From Lama glama (Eukaryota): a DNA stretch of 64,000 bases. Location: assembly GCA_028534125.1 (NCBI GenBank), contig CM052816.1, positions 62,002,001-62,066,000 on the forward strand, in the 5' to 3' direction. Below, piece after piece: positions 56,543-64,000 of this stretch (position 1 is its first letter; every line of letters begins with the position of its first letter). The notes under the pieces were generated by a model. That model was not told the origin of the DNA, did no database searches, and saw nothing but the letters and a program-made list of their open reading frames with translations. Position numbers and translations under genes: made by a program.

Positions 56543-57756
56543 TGTATTGGTTATTTGTTACTGTGTAACAAATTATCCCCAAACTTAGTAGCTTAGGACA
56601 ACAAACATTTATTATCTTACAGTAGGTCATAATCTGAGTGCAGTTTAGCTGGGTGACCCTGCTTTGAGGTCTCTTGAAAGGCTTCAGTCAAAGTCTTGGT
56701 CAGGGCCACAGTCATCTGGGCTCTCCTGGGCTTCTAAGCTTACTCATGTGACTGTTGGCAGGTTTCACTGGCTGTAAGATGGACCCATTTTTGGTTTGCC
56801 ACATCAGCCTCTCACAACATGGCAACCTGCCTTCCCCAGAATGAAAGCTGAGAAAGAAAGACAAAATAAGGGTCTTTTTGTAACCTAATCTCGAAAGTGA
56901 CATCCCATTATTTTTGCCATCTTTTACTTGTCAGAAAAAAGTCTGAAATAATAGAAAAACTATTTAGTGGATCTCTGTCTTTGGTTCATGATACAGAGCT
57001 TCCAAATCTCTTGGAATTTCATGGGTATTTTATAAGAGTGTCTTTTGTTATAATGAAGTGACTCTTGGTGGGCCAACTGGGTAGTCAGGACAGGGGCTGG
57101 TCACCAGACAGACCAAGCCATAACTAGACGCTTGGAGCTTTCAGCTCTATCCTCCATCCTCTGGGGAGGGGGTTTGGAGAGCTTCTGGTTTGTTGAAAGC
57201 ATCCATGTGCCGGGAGGGTGGTGCACTCTGAACTCCTTGGGGCCCTCCCAGATCTCACTCTCACTATGCGCTTTCTTTCATTTGACAGTTCCTCTATCTC
57301 CTTTGTTCTGTTCTTTAAAATAAATTAGTAAATATGTTTTCTGAGGTTCTACAAGCCATTCTGGAAAATGACTGGATTCAAGAAGAGGTTGTAGGAACCC
57401 CAACTTATAGCTGATTGTTCGGAGTGCAGGTGACAACCTGGGACTTGGGGTCAGCATCTGCAGCGGGGATAGTTGAGACAGCTCTTGATTTATGGATCTA
57501 GGCTAACTCCAGATAGATAGTGTCAGAATTGACTTATAGGACACCAGTTTGTGTTGCAAAGAATTGTCTGTTGTGTGGAAAACCCACACATCTGGTGTCC
57601 GAAGTACCGTGAGCATATGAATAAAGGAAAACACAGGAGTATTTTCCCTAGACGGAGTTACTAGGTCCAGTCCACGCTCAAGGAGAGGGAACCGCACAGG
57701 GCGTGAACACCTGGAGGCAGGGATCACAGGGGGCTATTTTAGAGATTACCTACCAC
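56543..57756. mobile_element. MLT1-type MaLR LTR split by a nested MER21-like LTR (about 56944-57652)
   Basis: MLT1 start tgtattggttatttgttactgtgtaacaaattatcccc and end ...ttacctaccaca. The inner segment has MER21-like text (gaggttgtaggaaccccaacttatagc, gtgtggaaaacccacacatctggtgtc). Confidence 0.65.
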
Positions 57757-57929
57757 ACGGTAAAGTGAGTCAGCTTTACTATTCATGTTTTCAAATGGTA
57801 AGCTGCACCATATCGTATTATGATAATTATTTTTAATTGGATTTTATGTTCTGTGATAAATATTTCTGTGAGAGCCCCAGCCCCGGGGAGATGGGCCTTT
57901 ACCTTTTAGGGAGATGGAGTGGTGGCTCG

Positions 57930-58305
57930 CACTAGGTTTCACAGTTTGTCCCCCCGTCCATACCCTTGTCACGCTCCATTGTGGGACAGTGACATGTTGA
58001 CTCCTCACTAACTTTAGTCTTGGCCACGTGACTACCTCTGGCCAATGGGACACGAGGGGAAGGAACACTGTGCTGAGCAGAAGCCGTAGGGGGTTGCGCG
58101 TTCCCACTCTCGCTCTCGTACTCCAGCCTGTCGGAAGGAAAACCCCAGGATGAGAGACACGAGATACAGACCTCAGCTAGAGCCAGGCCCGAGCCAGCTG
58201 AGCCAGGCAGCCTGCAGACCTGCTAATGAGAAGTCTATGTCTGCAGCGGTAAGCCTCGAGAGTTTGGGGGTGTGTTACTGCTGCAGCAAAAGCTGACTGG
58301 TACAG
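57930..58305. mobile_element. MLT1-type MaLR LTR
   Basis: ttggccacgtgactacctctggccaatggg ... gtgttactgctgcagcaaaagctgactggtaca end motif. Confidence 0.6.
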
Positions 58306-59074
58306 GTGGGTCAGCGGGGCTACAGCAGACATCCCAGAGGCTGTCTGCTTCCGTTCATGTCTCTCTGTTGCCAAATCCTGTTGAGACTGACTGAAGCCCA
58401 GTCCCCACAGGTAACTATATTGGAGGATGCTGGTTTTGAGAGCATTCAGTCCCCAAGGCTGGCTGTAAGACTTTGGGGAAATTGTTAGGACTCTTGGTAA
58501 AGTTTTGAATACAAAAGATATATAAAAACATATACGTATAGTTAAATCATTGATTTCAAGCTGTTGTGTTTAAAACTTGGCAAATGTTCAATTTTCTAAA
58601 ATTTCAGATATTATATTTCATCTCTGTCAAAACTTTTCAATTGGGTTTACTTTGTAATTGAGATAATTGCCATTGAATCCAAATAGTGAAAGAGGAAACT
58701 TCTAAAATGAAATAATAAGTGTGCAATTATTAACTCAGTAGGATAGCTGTTTAGACAGTTATCTGATCGTTCTGTATCCCTGAACACTGAGGGAAAAGCA
58801 TGAAAAAGATCCGTAAACAACACGTTGCCTCTAAACAGCTCAGGGAACACTGATGTAAATCCAGCAATTACTTCCCTCACCTGAAAAAGAAGTGTTGAAC
58901 AGCATGGAAGACACTCACTATAGAGGTTAATTTAAAAAAAATTTTTTTTACTTCTTTGTTTTGTAACTGCTTGCCTGCATCTTCAAAGAAAAGTCAAGAG
59001 TTGCAAAATTATTTGATGCTATCAGGATGAGAAATCATCCTGCATAAAGCATTTGAGTTATTCGGGTATATCTA

Positions 59075-59105
<31 letters not shown>

Positions 59106-59112
59106 CGTGTGT

Positions 59113-59145
<33 letters not shown>
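59075..59145. repeat. (GT)n/(GC)n compound microsatellite
   Basis: About 70 bp of uninterrupted purine-pyrimidine alternation. Confidence 0.95.
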
Positions 59146-61379
59146 GTCTAAACCTGCGTATCTGGAGGGATAGCTAGTGCTTCCAGAATTCATTTATTGA
59201 TAGATCAGCTTTCTATTCTGTGACCCAATAGACTAATTGCTATGTAGTGTGTAATTCAGGGACAGAAAAGTAAAATATCCACAATTACATTAGGAAAAAT
59301 TATTCAGATGGTAAATTAAAGCTTGTCAATGAATGAGTGGAATAGAGACCAATTTCCACATAATTCTCTATATTGAGATGACTTATGAATCATCTCCCCC
59401 TTAACTCCAATTATTCCTCTGTAAACTTCATAAAAAATTTTAGTACAAAAAGAATAATTTGGATCAGATACAATTAATTTAATCTTCCCTTCCTTTCCCT
59501 GCCCCACCCCTGCCCTTTCCATTCCGTTTCTGTCTCACTGTTATCAGCCTAGTTACAACCTACTGCCTGGACCTTACCATGGGTTCCTAGCCAGCCTTCT
59601 ATTCCAGTTTATCTAATCCCCTGGTGAGATGCCCCCTCACCCCAAGAACTTGAAAATGAGGGAAGCTTTGCCTACTAGGAAAAGTCACGTGAACCCTGCG
59701 TGAGTAAGAGCAGAGACGACGTGAGTTAAAAGCAGGATGGCTTCAAAGCCTGTGGGAAACCTCTCCTCTGAAGCACTTAGAATGGATTAACATATCCAAA
59801 GAAAGTGTCTGGTACCAAATTGTGTCAAACTGACCATGGCTGGTTATTCTGGAGACTTCAAAAAGGACGTTCCTGAGGCCGCTGACCAGGTGCCCTTTGA
59901 AGTCTAAGGTGGACCAATCCAAAACAGTTCTTTTGGGACCTCTTAGAAACTACCGCTGTCACACTAAGGCCTGGGCCCCACCGCAGAGATTCTGATTCAA
60001 TTCACCCACCCAGCTTTGGTATTTTGTTTTAACAGCTTTATTGAGCTATCTTTGACGTATAATAATTGTATATATTTAAGATGTACAACTTGATGTTTTG
60101 ATATATGTATACGTTGTGAAAAGATCGCCACAATCGAGCTAATTAACATATCCGCCACTTCTACCATTACTGCTGTGTGTTATGTGAGTGTGCATGTGGG
60201 CATGGGTTTGTGTGGAGCCTTGGCATCTTTTACATGCTCTCCAGGAGTCTCTAATCGGGGTTGAGAACTTTCAATAAACTGTAAATTCCAGTTCTAAGAC
60301 AGGCTCCTCAGGCTGCCCTTAGGTTCACGTCTGCCACGAACCCCAAGCCAGCTGACAGTCCACCCTGGTTCCGTGTTCACTGAGCAATCCCCTGGCTGCC
60401 TACAGTCTGGCTGTAGGAAGAGTTCACAGTCATCAGGCAAACTAAACTTGGAGTCCTGGGGATGTTTCTCTCGCACTTTCTAAGAGTGTCCTGTTGTGAT
60501 TTTTCCATTCCATTCATGGAAACAATGAGCTAAGTTTACTAACATGAGAATTTCCAGTCCTAGTGACAATTATAGTTCTCATAATAAATAAATAAATAGG
60601 GACCCCTGTGTTCCTTCTGATGCCATGTAAATTTTAATTATCATGATTTTTGTCTTTCACCTCTTAGTGCAAACAGAGTCCTTGTCTGGGGCTTTCAAAA
60701 CAGAAGAGGAGATTTAACAGGCTTTCTCTGCAGCACTTAGACCTGCTCCCCGTGTCTGCATCCTGCAGCCAAATTAAATCTCTCTAAAGTGCAGTTTTGG
60801 TCATGTTACAATTCTGCTTGTTTCCGGGACTTCCCTACTGTCTTCTGGTCCTAGTCTACCTTTTTTCTCCCAGTGTTTTCCAACCCTCTGCTCCAAGCGA
60901 ACTGAATCATATCAGCTCCACACTTGCCTGTCTCTGAATGTTAAACTTGAATTGGTCCCTTTATCTGAGACACTCTCATTTCCACCCTTTTATCAATCCT
61001 TACCATCTTACCTGGTTAATCAATTTTTAATAGCTAATTTATTTTTAAATGTGATCTCAATCGTGTCACCTACTCCCATCACCCATTCTTCCAACCCCTC
61101 ATCAAGAATGAAATATTCCTTCCGGACATGCCTTTATTGATACCATCCCAGCTTGTTTTCTCAGGCTAGTCCTCTCTTCTTGCCATTTCCACTAGCTAGC
61201 TAGTTCCCACTTTTATTTTATTCAGGTCCAAATTTAAATCTTTTCCTTTAGGGAGGCTTTTCTGACTCCCAAGCCTCAGGGAGATTCCCAGGACATGTTC
61301 CCATAAGGCTCCCTGCTCCTCTGTTGGAACAATCCTCACGTTGCAATGATTTGCTCAGAGTCTATGATCCCTGCTAGTT

Positions 61380-62950
61380 GTTGAATTCCATGAACACTGC
61401 TAAATATCCAGCCTCCAGCACAGTACCTGGCGCATGGTAGATGCTAAATAGGTACTTGCCAAATGGATACTGAACAAATTCAATTTCAATTGAGCAAATT
61501 TTATTAAGCATCTGCAACATGCCAGACAGTGATCGAGGTGCTTGAGGTAGGTCAGTGAATAACAAAGGTCCCTTCCCTCATGGAGCTCAGATTCTAGCAG
61601 GGAAAGATAGACAATAAACAAGTAAATAAGTAAGTTATAGAGCGTGTTAGAAAGTGCTAAGTGCTCTGGGAAAATGAAAAGGTGAAGGAAAATGAAATTG
61701 AAAAATAAAGTAAGAATGAAAAAGTAAAGTACGAAGAAACACGGGGGTGCACAATGTGCAGTAGTAAATCGGGTGGTCAGGGTAGGTCCCAGTGCAATGG
61801 TGGCGTGTGACCACAGACCTGAAGGAGCTGAGGGAATCAGTCACGCAGACATCGAGGGGGAAGGATGTTCCAGGCAGAGCGGTGTCCAGTGCAAAAGTCC
61901 TGAGTATCCTGGTGTGTTGGGGAAGTAGCCGGCGGCGGTGTGTCTAGAGCAGAGTGGGCAAGAGAGAACAGCAGGGGAGGAGTTACCATCTGAGGCCCTT
62001 TGGGCCATTTGTAAGGACTTTGGCTTTTATGCTGCGTGAAAAGGGAGGCCCCTGAAGGGTTTTGAACATCTGATATGATCTGACTTGTTTTAAAATAATT
62101 CTTCTGGCAGCTAGGTTAATGATAGACTACAAAGAAAGAGGGTAAAAGTAGAAATAGAGAGACCAGTTAAAAGGGAAGAGGACCTGGTTGCCTGGACCAC
62201 AGTAGTAGCAGCAGAAAGGGTGAAAAATGATGAAACTTTGAAAAACAAAATTTTTTTTTCATGATAGAGCCAAGGTTTCCTAACAGATTCCATATGGGAT
62301 ATGAGAGAAATCACAGATGACTCCAAGGTTTTTAGCTTGAAAAATGGAAGGATAGAGTTGCCAGAAGCTAAGAAAGGGAAAAGTTGTGGGTTAAGTAGTT
62401 TTTTTGGGGGGTAGGGTAGGAGAAGAGATCAGGACTTCAGTTTCAGTATATAAACGTGTCAAATATAAGATGTTTAATTAGGCATTCAGGCGAGGGTGTT
62501 ATGAATCCAGTTGGGTATATGAACCTCAGGTCGGGAGGGAGATACAAATTTGAGTGTCACCAGCAAGAAGGTAGTATTTGGAGTCATAAGCCCAGAGGAG
62601 ACCATCCCGGGGGTAAGTGTGGGTGAGAAGAACAGAGGACCAGAAGCTGAGCTCTAGGACACTCCAGTCACAGAGAAACCTAAGAGGAGATGATGGACCA
62701 ACTGAGAGAGGCCAGAGACAGAGGATAAAATCCAAGAGAGTGTGTTGTCCTAGAAACCAAGGAAGGGCAGTATTTCAGGGGGAATGATGAATTGTGATAA
62801 ATGCTGTGAGTAAGTCAGATGAGGCCATTCGACTTAGCAGTTGGTTGTTCGTGACATTTACGATAGCAGTTTTGGAAGAGCAGTGTGGGAAAGAGCCCTT
62901 TTAAAAGTGGATTTAAGAGAAAATGGGGGGAGAGGAGTTTGAGGATGAAC
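61380..62950. mobile_element. L2 relic(s)
   Basis: agcacagtacctggcgcatggtagatgctaaata, gtcccttccctcatggagctcagattctag, gtaaggactttggctttt, gatgactccaaggtttttagcttga. Confidence 0.75.
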
Positions 62951-64000
62951 GAATGGATAACTTTTATCTCATTCTACCTTCTGTTATCATCATTGTGTCT
63001 TCATCTTGTCTCTCCTTGAAGACAGGAGGAAGCTGTGTCTGTGACCACAACTACATGCCTGTGGAACCTGGCACAATGCCAGCACACAGCAGGCACCCAA
63101 TAAATGTTGGTTGACTGACTAATTGGTTGAATGAACATTAAGGGTGAAATTAAGTTGCTTCCTCATCCTTCTGGTGTTCCTCCATTTCCTTCATAATCCT
63201 TCCTTCCCTCCCTCCCCCTACACCTAGGCAGATACTCAGTGTCTTCCTGCTACCTTCTAACTGCCTCAGCTTTTGTTTGTCTTCCCTTCACCCTCTACAT
63301 GTTTGACAATTACCCATATTGAGTCTATCCCTCAAGAAGGCCACAGGGATAGGAACAGGACAGCTAATCTAATAAGAGATCTCCGGCTTGGGAATCTACC
63401 ATTTCATGGGGCTTCTTTTGGATAAAATCCACTAAAGTTACGGTATTCTAATACTAGGCAGTAAAGACCAGTAGGAGTCAGATCTCAATACAATAAAAAG
63501 AGCTTGAAATATGCAAGTGTTTCCTTTTCTTCATTTAATCTGAATTACACACATCTAACAGGAATAGTGATCAGCTATTTCTAGTAGAATGAGAAACTAA
63601 AATCAATCAAAGCCCCAGAGAGCTGTTCTTAATTGCCTTCTCCTGGTATTAGCCTTTATTTTATTGGTTGTAAATAGTATTAGATTCTTTTCAAATGAGG
63701 CATGGACCTACCTGTCTAATGAGCTAATGTACTTTCTTCAAATTAGTCACCGGAATGTGCTGATTTTAGGCTGTCGTGTAGCTGTTTAGTTAATTTTGGA
63801 TTGTAGAATCTGGATTGCTGGATTTCATTCATTCAGTTATTTAAGGGAAACCTGTATGTTGGACACCGCAGTATCAACAAAAACAACAAGGAAACAACAA
63901 CGGTAAAAAGTACCTTTAAAGCAAAGGCCAGTTACCATTGCTTTAAGAATTAGCAGCCACTGTCACCCATCAGGTTAGACAGGCTAAAACGAAACAGAAG

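Noticed and set aside
41700..64000. Search for exons of a further gene (RGS7BP is the neighbour I recall from human synteny)
   Set aside because: No recognisable coding exon found; the ORF-track entries here are short and mostly repeat-derived or random.

Overview
Mammalian genomic DNA, AT-rich and repeat-rich, with one 100-N assembly gap. Five copies of a tRNA-Ala-derived SINE point to a camelid (Camelus/Vicugna) genome. The window holds two convergent spliced genes. On + are the last three coding exons of SREK1IP1 (4820-4963, 15521-15593, 17966-18155) followed by a probably long 3' UTR; its 5' exons lie upstream of the window. On - is the complete three-exon SHISAL2B/FAM159B CDS (41102-40912, 36588-36431, 23858-23722; 161 aa) with a CpG-island promoter. 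All splice junctions are GT-AG and phase-compatible. The rest is intronic or intergenic DNA filled with L1, L2, MIR, LTR/MaLR and DNA-transposon relics. I see no evidence of a new multi-gene system. The most notable small-scale observations are: (1) a TSD-flanked tailless retrocopy of a 5' half of tRNA-Glu(CTC) ending at the anticodon; (2) a second open, basic reading frame over the whole SREK1IP1 last coding exon, which exon-4 skipping would enter; (3) head-on poly(A) signals of the two genes about 90 bp apart; (4) a possible truncated SHISAL2B isoform made by intronic polyadenylation. Repeat boundaries and subfamily names are approximate and come from recognition by eye.
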